NCBI GenBank assembly: GCA_000934665.2
Contig: JYFJ02003460.1
Coordinates: 1 to 41,280 of the forward strand
DNA: 41,280 nt
Reading direction: 5' to 3'
Source of the DNA: Catajapyx aquilonaris
Lineage: Eukaryota
Part shown: in pieces, positions 1 to 13,009 of the stretch
Numbering within the stretch: position 1 is the stretch's first letter
Layout: every line of letters starts with the position of its first letter
Program-made: the position numbers and the translations under genes
Notes under the pieces: model-generated
Told to the model about the DNA's origin: nothing
Database searches by the model: none
What the model saw: the letters and a program-made list of their open reading frames with translations, nothing else

Positions 1-3000
1 GCAGGGAGCAAGTTGCAAAGTCATGCTGGGGGAAGTGCCACCTCACCCTAGCCTTTGTTGATGTGATGGGGCAAGTCTAAGTGCTGGGCGAGGGACAATG
101 TTGTGATCAAGCGACAATGCCCGTGAGAGGCGGTTTAATATGTCTAATTGCAAACTATGACTCATGGAGTGGATTGGCCTGTCAACATTGACAAGAGAGA
201 CCTCGATCTCCATTTCCTTCACGAATCTTACACAGCAATGTAACATGGAAGACCTTAGTCCTACATATGCACTACTCGCTATGCTCGGCGGTGGGGCTTC
301 GCCCCTGCGCGCCTTCAGCCCTTGAGCCTCAAGCTCCCAGTTGGCCGCTATGTAGACCATATTTTCTGTCCAAAACATAAATTTGCATTTGAAAAATCCC
401 CCACCATAACGTAACACCCAGCACAAACGCTTTTCACTTGTTATTCTAATAAGAACCGCGAACCACACGTGACTGACAGCGGCATTGACACCATGAATAA
501 CCCAGGCCGTGTCCAAGTGTGGAAGGAAATCCATCCTTAATATCCGGATTCACCGGATGAATACTAGGAGGGGAAGACCCTTTACTAATCGGTCACATTC
601 GGGGCCGAGGGATGCTGTCATACCCTCTGGAGTCTACAGTGACCCTCAGGGGACTGACTCCCCTGGTTATCTCTCTTTATCTCCACCCTCTCCCAACATC
701 CAGGCCCCTGGAAAAGCCCTCCCTATTCCAACACCCGGACTTAATTTCCCATTGAAGTCGAATTAATAAAGTAAACAGCGGCAGTCGCGCGCCGCCCCCG
801 TAATCCCCCATAATGAGCGCCATGTTTCCTGGGGCTTCGGATTGCTGTCAAACGGGCCCTCCAAATACCTAATCCGGGGGAGCCCCGGAACGAAATGTTC
901 CGCTGACAGAGTCAATAGGATGAGACTTTTCTTTTGGCCAGCTGCGAAACATCTGAGGGCAAGTGTCCAGCTTAAAATGGCCTCCTAAGTAGACATCTGC
1001 ACCTCGCAATAAATACCCCCCAAAAATTTAACTAACAAAATCTCCAGGAATTTCAAGCCATGTATCACCAGATATTGTGACGATGTCACTTCCGACCCCA
1101 AGTTTAGCCAAAGTACCCCCCAATTTGCGGTACCCCTGCTAGCCAGGGAGTCAAAAGAGCACCCCGGAGGATCCGCAACCCCACCAACAGCAGTTGTGCT
1201 GTTGATTTACTGCCCGTTAATGACAATCCTCCACGTCTCTAATCCGAAAGGGTCACGGAAAGCCCTCCCCCCAAAAAAAGATGCTGCTGCTCTACGTGTA
1301 TGTGTGTGGGTGATCCAAAGAATAGGCCAATCTGTCCCGACCTTCCCCAAATAAATTACCGGCTTGAGCGAAAAACGGGAGGAACCCGTCCCATCTATCG
1401 AAGGTCCATCCCCCTTCTCACCTCTGTTAGCCAGCACAAAAGCTCCTGGCACCTGTAAAGTACCTTGCGCCACAATGGAAGGTAACAAGTCGTAAATACG
1501 TTGGGGAAATACTCTCGGGTGGTCGAGACCCGGACAACAAAAAGGGGAAGCTTCGGGTATCCCGTAAGAGAATCCATGGGAGGTGTAACTCAAGCCTGAA
1601 GAGCTCATCATCAGGGTTAGAAAACGTGGTCAAACATATCTGTGATGCTGCCACTGTCAAAACTCGTTAGTAATAACAACCGTAACTCATAATCTGGTAT
1701 GCAAATGCTGTATCTTTCGCCAGATCAAGTTTTTTTTAAAAATGTACACCCGCTGAGTTACCCTGATATACGGCCTAGCAGAGTAGAATCGGCATAAATA
1801 TCTGGAGGTCGTGGATTTCACAACAGAAACAGCAGGAAGCGATGACAGTGGGTTGCTACAAGCTGAGAAGTCACACTCACACACACAAAAAAATAGTGGA
1901 TAATCATATTCACTGATAATATCGACTATAATTTCTGTGTTCAGAAAAACCAAGATGGCGTCCAGGCCATACATCACGCGACCTCTGCGACACATTTTCT
2001 TAACTTCCCCTGGGGGCAACAGCGCCGTCTAGTGGCGGAGGTGATGTATTAGAATCCTGAAAGGCTGGTTGGGGGTCTATGGGTCTAGCTGCAAATTTAT
2101 TAGACACTGGAAAAAAAGGAGGTGTGGCTGAAGATAAGCGCATTTTGGCATCAAAATATCTGAATCAATTTTCTATCCAGTTGATGATTGATTCTTTACT
2201 ACTGATGTTGTGATCTGGTTGGGTCGTGTGTGGCCAGGGGTTCAATTTGGCGAGTTGCTAATACAAAAATGCGTGGAAGTAGATTAAGAAAATGTGAGGT
2301 GCCCCCGAATCGCTGGGTTCATCTGGATGGTAGATAAACACGGAAATGATAGCCTGTTGGACACTAGAGATACTAATACAGATAAAGGGTTGTGTTTTCC
2401 TCCAAAAGTATGTCTTTTCCTTTCGTGCACTTTATTTCCCCCCCTGCTTATCCAGATAATTACAGTCGATATAGGCTGGGGGGAAAGGGGTACATTTTTA
2501 ACATGATTTATAAAAGTATTAATATCCGTTTGCGTGTTGTGGCGCATTTCGCAAGTAGCAAGTACTCGAGCCAAATTTGCAATGAATAAATTTCTACAAG
2601 CCCTAACCAGTGAGGTATGAAAATATAACAATGTTAGTCCCCGCAATTTCTAGAAACGTTGAGCAATAGGTCAGGTCGGCTTTTTTGATCTATTTGCCAT
2701 TTGTATGCATTGAAAACAAATATTCTATCCGCGAGGCCACCATATCTGAACCATCTCACACGTAAAGAGTCAAATTTGCATTAAATTTCATTCAATTAAG
2801 TCCCCGCAAAATTGGGCCAGGAAACGAACCATTCGTGGTGACTTTAAGATTATAGGGTTGCAGGTTTTAATTTAAAATTCCAAATTGATGGCCCAAGAGG
2901 CCAGGTGAGCTCAGGTGCCTCGCCTTATAATCTCACAGTCATTTGCAAAATTAATACCACATTAATGATTTTTTTCTCTCTCTCTCTCGCTGCCTTCTTC

Positions 3001-6000
3001 TATGGTGTTTCATGGTATCATAATAAAGGTGAAAGTGTCAGGAATGATCTCATTCGCCCGAAGCATTGCAATTGTCATGTGTGTCACGTAGTTTGGGCGG
3101 GCAGATATTTTGCCCCGGAACTGTTGTCTTAAGTATCTGCACATTTGATGACAAATCATTACAAGTGCTGGGCGGAATTTATATTCGCCGGAACGAGTTC
3201 TTAACGCATCTAGATGTCGCGGTTTTGCGCGAACGATGGTGTTACGCCAGATGGAAAAGTGAGATGGGTTCAAATAATAGCTATTTCAGCAGCTGCCTGT
3301 GACTTAGCATGTGCGTATATAATACGTACATAGGCTCGAAAAACTTTCTGGGCAGTTATAGTATAATTTAATTATTTTTAACTAACCCTTATATTCTTCA
3401 CCACTGGTTCGCTCCCACATAAAAAATATGGCGGATTTTAGCACAAATCGGCATCTCGCTATTCGCACGACTGTAATCACAATGCTATACAAGCAGACCG
3501 GAGTGACACCAAACACATCATTTAGCACCGCCAATTAATTCTGTTCACACATCCCGCGTATAATCCCTGATTTACCGCTGCATTTACATCAGTCGTGTTG
3601 ATATCTGACAACAGTGCAGGTGGGGGCATTCCAAGGGGTCATCCGTGACCCGCACTCCATGGGCCCCACCACCGACTTGTACAAACAATCCCCCTAGTCC
3701 GATTAGCATTAGGCAGCACCCAAGGGCCCACCTTTTCTGGAGACAAATGGCGGAGGATCTCTCCCCACCTTTCTCTCCTTGCAGCAGCCAAGCTGACAAC
3801 CCCTGGGTAAGCCTATTACCAACAGAACGTGGGAGTGCAATTCAAATTAACCTCGTTGGTAGGGGCATCTCCTTGCATCCCAGTTGGAAGGAAATTCGAA
3901 GTGACATTCCCTCCGAGTCACCCTTCACCCTGCGAGACCAAGGGTAGGCAGCCCTCCTCATTCATCACCTACCCTTGCACCATGCTGATCCCTGCCTCCA
4001 GAGCACGGCAACCAAACAGGTGTGTGGTGGCTGCCAGTTTGCCAACATGTCAACATGGGGACAGGACTTGGATGGGAGGGAGGGAAATGTCGGATGCCAT
4101 CGATTTCAATGAAGGTCTGATTTGTTGGGGGTGTCACACACTTATTGTCGGACGATCGAGGGTCAACAATGTTCGGGGCTGTTTATTGCCCTTTGTTAGT
4201 ATGAAGCCACGTGGCATACAATAATGTCACTTCATACTTGTATAATGTGAAAGGTGGCTGAAAGCTTGGCTTATATGGATTGTCACTCACGATAGCAAAA
4301 TTAATACTGTACATCATATATTATATTAGCTAAAATTAGCCTGGTGTTTAATAATATCAAGGAGCTAAACTATAGCTTACCATTAATTTAAAACTAGAGA
4401 TGAAATGTGCGCCTTGGCTTACCTGCAAAGTTAAGGACCATATTATCATAATGTGGTCGTCGTCATGTTTGGCAGCAACCTTGGTCTGAATCAAGTCAGT
4501 GTTGGGAGACACAAGAACACTGACTGTGACCCGTCTTCACAACCACGTTGTCCAGCTGCACTACCACGCATCCCGCATCGTACTCTGCACATAAACCTAC
4601 ATATAGAAGTTGACATGCCTCATATGAGTGACTCTCTTATCTGGTATTTGAAGCAAGAGTGTTCTAGCGAACAACTTGTGCATGAGAGGCCATTATCAGC
4701 AGGTGACAAGTAGTCAACTGTGGTCAAAAGTGGCCCGTCTGGAAGTGCTAAATACACGCATAATATGTGTGATGTTGAGTAAGAAAGAATTGGAGGAAGC
4801 AGGAAAAATGACGGGTATCACAAGGGTATAAACGGTATATGAAACACTACCGGAATGGGGAAAGATCATGCTTGGAGCTGTGGGAGGATTACTGCGTGCA
4901 TCGCCGAGTAATGTTCTAGTTCGACATGGAAGTTACCAACAACTCTGTGAAATTTCAGCTTGCAATGTATATCGTGCCCATCATTATGCCCTGTAAAACA
5001 TTGAATATGGGCGAAGTTTCTGTCTCAACACCACAATATATTATCCATTCAAAACAAGCAAAGATTTTAAAAATAATTCTACTAAAATAACAGGCTTTTG
5101 ATTTCTCATTGTGCATAACCGTTTGTTTGACAAGCACCAGATTATACACATTATTTATCGTAATTATTACTTATGGACAATTTCTACTGGACAACTTGCC
5201 TCAGCATGACCTCTTGTTGACTCTGCTTAACATAACCCTAAATCACAACAAAACGAGTAAATATGGGAAAGGAAATGGCAGCGTGTGATATTAAAACTCA
5301 GAATCGTTTAAAACGACTCAGCTTGTTTTTGCATTTAATAATGTACTACCTTTTTTAAAATAATAAGGGCAATCCACGCCCTTTAAGCACTATTAAGTTA
5401 AAAATTAAAAGCCGACAAGCAAACAAACCAATGACGACGCGACGTCCCAATGATAAAAGGGGCAGACAGCGTCGGAGACTGAAAAACACTGAACAGAGCG
5501 TTTAAAAAATAATATCATTTGCTTTACTAAAATTACAATTACAATTATGCAATATTGCTATAAATAATTTTGAGAATATAAAGCAGTAAGCATATATCTG
5601 TCAAATATGTTGGCAAATTTCATTTTTCAGCACTTTTAACAATAATATTTATTTCAAGAAAGTTTGTTTTTTCTCCTATACGTTCACCTTTCTCGAGTGC
5701 TGACGGTTGTCCAGCGTCATAATACCATTGGTCATTTTCAGAACTAGTCCTGTAGATAATTTCCCCAAAAAATTATTAATACCGGTAGTCCCAGTATAAA
5801 AACCATCCACATCCCTCAACATGAACCTGTCCATCTGCCTACCCACCACCTTAACACTCATGACTGTATTATTCTTGACCCTGGGAATGTAGATTCCCTT
5901 TTCTTCTACCCCTGGTGAAATATCATGCGACCTCCCAAGATGCCTCTTTCAATTTCTTTCATCACCTCGGCCAGTCCCCGTAAATTGGCGGAGAGAAACT

Positions 6001-9000
6001 TGGGGGCCTCCTTCAACCCCGAATCCGGGGGTTATTAGCGCTAAAACCTCAGCGGGTCGGCTCGACCTCCATGCCGACCGATGATAAAGTAAGGGTAATT
6101 ATTACCTTTCTAACGCGGGATGAAATTTTACGAAGGACGAGGCTCCGTGCGTGTTAATTCCGCCACTGGCTGGAAATTATTTGTTGCAGGACGTGAGGTC
6201 ATGCATCATTTTTTTTTCCATGCTACTATCTCTTGTTTTTTAGGGGGAGGGTGGGGAGGTCTGCTTTAGTATGCTAATATGAGCATTGTCGGCGTTATAT
6301 TAGACCGTGCATGTAGCCTACGAGCGCATGTGGTGTTTTTTGGGAAGTTGACGGGGTGAGATATTTTGTGCTCCATCCCTATACCCCCCCTTAGCTAGTA
6401 CTCCGGACATAAAATTGCATGTATGTAAAATATACAGTACCTGACCCGGCAGCTGTGAGAGTGGGGGGGAAAAAAGTTTCCTCAGCTAACAAGCTGCAGC
6501 ACGCTGATTATTAAATAATATCGATGTTGGTGTCCCTGGCTTTTTAAAAAAGCGGATTTGACGATTTTGCGACCTCCGGAGCTTGCATTCAAAGTAGTTG
6601 CAGTTTGTGTTTAACAGAGTGCGTAACTGTTTTGCATACGGGGCCTAAATCTGCTGCCGGATTGCAAAACCCTTTGGAAAAAAGTCATAGCGAGCTGGCG
6701 CCACCTAATGAAGGACATCTATTTAAAAAAAATGTACAGTGACATGAGGTAAAAACAGTTTTTCCTTGGGATGGGAATAGCACGACATACATTTTTAGAC
6801 AATTCAAAACCAAAAATGAAAAGAATATTTTTGTTTTATTTTTAAACAAATATTTTACATACACCCCGTTTGTGTGGCCATATATATGCCCCTTTGGGTG
6901 AACACACACACACACTCCAAACAAATATAATCAGAAACAAAAATACGTTTGTGAACATTTGGGATTTTTTTTTTTTGAAATATTTATAACCTACATATGT
7001 GACTGTCGCGTTTAAGTGTGTGACGCTATTATGTCTGATGTGCACAACGATACACTGCAGCCGGTTGTGGGCCACACACTCCTAACATGTACCGCGAGTT
7101 AGTCACGGTTTGTCACTATTAACCATGAAATATGCTTCCTAAATGAAACATCAGCAAGTATCGCATGGTCCGCATACCAAGAACGGCCATCACCTACACC
7201 AAAAAAAAGTTAAAATCATCCCTAATAAAACAGGCTTAGATAGTCATCCTACATGCCTTAATTGCTGGAAAGCAGTGGGCAAATCATCAAAATGATCCCA
7301 ACAGCAACACCAGGCATATCTGCACAAGCGCTGATAAAAGCCAGAGCAATAAAGACAATAGTTCCCGGGCTCTGGGTATAGTTTTTTTTCCGGAGGCACC
7401 AGCAGGAAATGGATCCTAACAACCCAGCAACATATTACTCGGGCATTCCTGGTGTGCAGTGCAGGTCATTAGTGTGCAGTGTGTAGGCCCCATTTCATTG
7501 CGTACGTTGCTAAAATCCCTGATCCCTGGCAGTGTAGGGAGAGGGGGTATTAATAAACAAAACAAATTGCCCCGCAATAGGCAGACGTAATCAGCGTGAT
7601 ATCTTGTAATTATCCCTCGCTGTGAACTTGGAAATAATTATTGCAACATGAATTAAAAATTTTGTGAAAACGATAAGATAATTGCGGGGCATTTTTTCCC
7701 CTGCACTTTCATCTCCGCTCGTCCGGAATAACGAGAAAGGGCATGGTTTTAACGGGCATGCCGAGATATATAAGTGGCTACTGATAACAGTCCTGTTGGA
7801 TGGGAGTCATACGAGGGGGTCATTGCTGCCCCTATACTAACGAATACCAGGGCTTATATCAGCTGCTATTGCGATACAGCTAATAAAAGGGAGGAGGGAC
7901 ATAATTTTTGGGTGGGACAGGAGAGTGATTGCAATCGACGAAGAACTTGCTGCTAAAATAATATGGACCGCTGATTTCAAAATCGGACCAATCGAGGCTG
8001 CACTTTGGCAGGTCACGTGGCAGTAAAGTTGTGCAAATTCGAACAAGGACGAAAATTAGCGAAAATTGCAACACATGATGTAGGCCTATAACACTACTGA
8101 TATTCCACTTGAGAAATAAATAGCCTCCGAATAGTCACTCTACAAACTATTATTTTTCTACTAAAATATTATTACACAACAGCGTGGGGTGTGAATATTG
8201 CGCATGAAACGCAACTATTTTTAATGTAATCATGCGACCCTTTTGTTGCTAAAGGTGTTGGAGGAAGTGTGGTCAGAAGGCGTGACCTCGGGTTATCCTT
8301 CCAGAAATGTGGCATAAAGTGTGAGACGTGCAAACTGAGCCAAGGGTTTTGTATTTGCACATTTTCAGATAGAAGGGAGATAATTCCCACACACAATGCG
8401 CGAAAAACGTTCTCGTGGGATGTGAAAAACTCTGACTATAATTTCTGGGCGCTGACGCTTTTTTGTTTTTTTAGGAAAAAAAATTCACAGCAGCCGTGTG
8501 AACGACATCGCACCCATGACTTTTGCTGTTTTTTTTAAATTCTTTGGAATGAGTACCGGTTAGATAACCTTTCATATTTTGCAAACTGCTCTTGCACTAC
8601 ACGATACTTTTATAATGCAAGTCTTGTGAATAAATAATTGTTGTATGAAAAGCATGCTGAATTGTATGTGCTGCCTGTTGGAAAATATTTTCAAAATTAA
8701 ATTATTAGCGTTGGGGGATTTTAAAAAATTACATTGTTGTTCAATGTTTAGTGGAATATTTTCAAAATTAAAAGTGATAACATCCCAATAATTTTACCCT
8801 ACACCACCAATATTATAAACCCCATTCGCAACCACCATTTAGTGCGGTTCAACTGCCAATTACTATATTAAAATAATTCGGCCAGGTCACGCCATCAACC
8901 GCAAAAAGTCATGCTTCCACCGTTGATTCTTACGTGACTTTTACCACGATCAATAAAAAATCAATTGGTTTTAACTCTACCAGGCCATGTGGTGGTCACA

Positions 9001-9748
9001 AACACCGCCATTCATCACGCAGGGAAAAACTTTTTTGAGCTCCACAAAAGCCTAACATTGCGTGATCTTTCCTCCACGCTTCACACCCAATTCTACCGCT
9101 ACATAAAAACGCATATCTCGACTCGTAAAACTGCGTACCTGCTGCTGCCAATTTTTTTTTCTCTCTCTCTATACTTTTTTAAGAAGTTGTGTGGATATGT
9201 AAGATATGGATGTAACCCTATAGACTAGAAGTAATAATGGTGTAGGAGTTTTCGATCGAGGCTTGGAGAAGGTGCGACCTGAATGATTAATTAGCCGTTC
9301 GCACGCCAAGGGCCCCTTTTCTTCCATCTCTCTTTTTCCCGATACCTGCAGCACAACCTGCCATCAGAAGCCAATTACATTAAGGGAGGGATGGAAAAAT
9401 TGGCCTTGCCTTCTTCGGGTACATTTTCACCGCTTTGCTGGGAAAGGTGGGGGCGAAGACGAACCGTCAAAAAATATCGGTCTTCTAGCCTTTCCCAAGT
9501 ACCTGTTCACTTTTTCACGAGTGAAGGAGGAGGAGACCAGTCGATAACGAAGATCATATTTTACGGAACGTAATGGAAAAAGTGGCCCTAATCCTCATGA
9601 ATAGGCATATTCTTGCACGGTAAAGGAGGTGCCAAGATCTAGTGCGGTTACACAAAGGAACAGGTGATGGAACAGACTGTTGCACGCGTGACACTGCCTG
9701 TGTATAGTGTTTGAAACGTGACTATTTTTTTGTTCAGTAATTTTAAAT

Positions 9749-9789
9749 TATGCGAGTGGTCTGACAATTATTGTCAGACCACTCGCATA
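9749..9789. repeat. Perfect inverted repeat, 20-bp arms, 1-nt spacer
   Basis: TATGCGAGTGGTCTGACAAT-T-ATTGTCAGACCACTCGCATA. Confidence 0.97.
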
Positions 9790-9790
9790 T

Positions 9791-9887
9791 ATAAATAAAT
9801 AAATATTTCCTATATGATTTTCATTAGAAATTCAGCTTATTGCTGAATTTACAATGAAAATCATATAGGAAATATTTGTTTATTTAT
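9791..9887. repeat. Near-perfect inverted repeat, 46-bp arms, 5-nt spacer, 3 mismatches
   Basis: Left arm 9791-9836 (...AAATATTTCCTATATGATTTTCATTAGAAATTCAGC), loop TTATT, right arm 9842-9887 (GCTGAATTTACAATGAAAATCATATAGGAAATATTT...). Confidence 0.95.
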
Positions 9888-10090
9888 TTAACACAACTTC
9901 TCGAGCATGATGGGGAATATTGTGTGAAAATTGAAAGTGAACTGTTTTAACACCTCACTATTACTTGTACGACTCAACTGAGAATGTATAACTGGCCTAT
10001 CCAGATAAGATTCAGGCAAATTACTCACCGTTTAATCTAGTCGTCGACACTAGAAAACAAGTAGTTTGACATTATCCACTCTCTGGTCAT

Positions 10091-10108
10091 CCCTGTAATA
10101 TTACAGGG
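10091..10108. repeat. Perfect 18-bp palindrome
   Basis: CCCTGTAATATTACAGGG equals its own reverse complement. Confidence 0.9.
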
Positions 10109-13009
10109 GTTATTATCCAGGTCAGCCTTAGGCCTCAGTTTTTTTCTCACTCGTTAGCCTCCAATTGCGCGTAATTGCTCTGCTGTGATGATAAAGCGAC
10201 AGATGCATGCAACCAGAGCACATCATCACCACACGTCACCTGAAGCTGTTGAGGTGAATACTACTTAACATGGGTACAGTCCAATTAAAACACTGCCACA
10301 AGTTATGCCCTAATTAAATCATATAAAAAAATTAATATGCCCATTTTACGACCGTCTGTGACGTCACGGCTACCGGATAGTATCACGTGACCTTGAATCA
10401 CGTTATCTCTCCTACTGTGATGCCATCTTGCGACGGCCACTCTTATATGCCTGTCTGTTAATTGGCGTGAACACTTTCCACCCAGAGAAGAGCTGGAAGG
10501 CAAACTGTACAAAAAGTGCCATTCAAGACCACCCCAGCTAGGCAAGAGCTCATTAGGCCATAGCTCACACATACCCTGCAAAGCCAGCTCGTTAGTTTGA
10601 CCGGGACGATCAAAAAGTGCGAGGGGTTGGAAGCCATCATAAAACCACGTTTCGCTGACACTCAACCGACGAGGCCTGGTTTCAGCTGCTACTTAAATGG
10701 GCGTGGACGGCCGCAACAACTTTTCTGACACTCACTCAAACTTTTGCTCAACTCTCACGCACAAACAAACCCTTTTACAAAAAGAAAATTTGAAAAAAAG
10801 AAAAAAAACGGACCGGGGGGATTCTCGTTTGTCCTGTTCCACACATGCCGCGAGTTGTAAATACTGTCCCTCACACCTGAAATGGCCGAACGTGGAGCTG
10901 GCTTTTCAAGCATTGTTACACGAAGGAAATGCTAACGACCTGTGAACTGGAACGATGAACAAGTAATGGTCCTTTGCGCAATTAGCGGCGCTGAAAATAA
11001 AGTTATACGACCTTGTAAACTGCAAAAGAGTTATGATTATGCAGGATCGCACACTCGGTGACCACACAATTATTGTTTCCAGGCCTTTATTAACACCTAT
11101 GTTACGTGAGGAGGGGGGGAGAAATATATGGCCGGCTCGTTTTCTTACCACTTTGTCAGCCAACCGGATAAGCTCTAATTAAGATCCGTGCCAATTATGT
11201 GCGTGTGCAGAATGAATTGTCAGCATGTTTCCAATCAGCGTTATTGCATTGTTGTAATTGGGCAAGGGCGGTTTGTTAACAAAGATGAAGTGCTGTAACT
11301 TTACTGGTTACAATGTAACGTAGGGTTCAGTGCATTGCTCGACCAACTTTGACCTGAAGGCATTTTGGGCAAAGGAAGGGGGTCCTTCAGCCCCTTCTCA
11401 TTCTTTCTCCCCGCGGGTTATGATTTATTTACGGAATTAGCCTCCTCCAGAGCCTGCCCGCGTGAAGCTGGGTAATTAATTCCATTAGTATAGAAAAGGG
11501 TCAGGTGAGCAAGGTAACCCCACAGGTAAAGGTTTTTGTGATTGTTGTCATTATTTTAGGAAATGTTCTTTGTTACTTTTCTGATAGAATACGCATGCAC
11601 CTTTCCGTGTCAGAAAAAAAATTGTTACATAATTACAATGGAATCGATACAATTGAGAACAGTTGGCCGCTAGGGGCACACAATCCAACACACCCTTCTG
11701 TGACATGTGTGAAGTAATTACCGGCGTTCATGCCATGTCCAGAGTCAATAAAAGGCACGAGAGACAAAACGAGGTCAGAAAATATGATGGCGTCAAAAAA
11801 ATATATATTTTTTCCATCTGAGCCAGGAAGCTAAAGTCCCCAAGATGGCGGAAGTGACATCTCCCGAAAGAGAGAAGTAGGCGACAAGGCGCAAGAGCTT
11901 CCTCCGGAAGCAATGGGTAAATCAGGCGATTAGAGGCTCCTCAGCCGTGACCTAGGCTTGCTTGGAAGGAAACCCGCATTTCCCCGGCCGTGCCCACCGA
12001 GCCTAATGAGGCTGGGAGGCTGCCCCCTAATCAACAGATTTATCGCCGCTACTTCCTTCTTCCAAACAGGGGTCTCCTACCAAGCGATCTGGCCAAACAA
12101 CATGGAGTTTGGCCAGTGTAGGCCTACCCTATATGTATAAATGAACTGTTAAAATATTTAATTAAAATTATGAATCTGATCCGTCCGTCCGAATGCGCCC
12201 GGTAGGCTCATTCGCACGGCCGCCAGATGACTTCTGTGTTGAAATTCGATCCCACCGCACCGTGGCGAAACATCATTCCTGAGCGGGCCTAATGGTGTTG
12301 CTGAGTGACGGATGAACTGCCACCGGACTGCTTGAGGATTGACGAAACACTAATTTTAGTCAGTCCCGAAAGTATTCCAGCCGGTACATATTGACGTTCG
12401 AGGTTACCGAAATTGATCTGCGTGACATCTCCACTGGGGTTATGAAATATTTCGGTTGCACGCACACTCAAACGCGTGCAAAAAAAGAAATCTATGGTAA
12501 GTGAAGTTGATTCATAGAAAGAGGTAGGCTTGCCAGAAGTTAACACATTGACTACTGGCCATAAATCTGTCATGTCCGCTTATCGTGACTGTCATTGCGT
12601 GAAAACATACACGGAGCATCACAAGGCAGCTGGCTGCTAATAGCCCTAATAATAAATAGGCTTTTTAAATATTTCACATGCCTATCTCTGGGAAATCTTG
12701 TAGCCGGTAATGGCATAAAAGTGGAGCAGGTATGTCTGGGTATTAAATAGTAAAGACTTTGCTACTCCGATTAGTTCGACTATTTTTTTTCCCCAAGAGT
12801 GTATTCTAATATCGTGTGTGTTCAATATGTATTTTGTATCCAGAACTCATCATTGTGTTGTTAGACTTCAATACTCACAGTATTGAAATACATGCAGCAA
12901 CAGATTGACGTATGAACTTACCTGACAGTCTGACACCTGAAAAAATTACACATCACAGAGCAATAGAGCTCTTTCTATGATAATTATAAAAATTAAACAC
13001 GTTTGTTAT

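Noticed and set aside
43..1660. ORFs of 60-163 aa, one with a collagen-like GEKGDGP
   Set aside because: Only two or three Gly-X-Y triplets, no recognisable family and no coherent splice structure.
8684..8772. 18-bp direct repeat AATATTTTCAAAATTAAA, two copies
   Set aside because: Low-complexity AT-rich sequence, only two copies; not an array and not CRISPR-like.
9749..9800. Helitron 3' end interpretation of the first hairpin
   Set aside because: No CTRR terminus at the expected distance after the hairpin.
1..13000. Search for a tandem H15/midline paralogue or neighbouring gene
   Set aside because: No T-box or other recognisable coding exons seen; very short or divergent exons cannot be excluded by eye.
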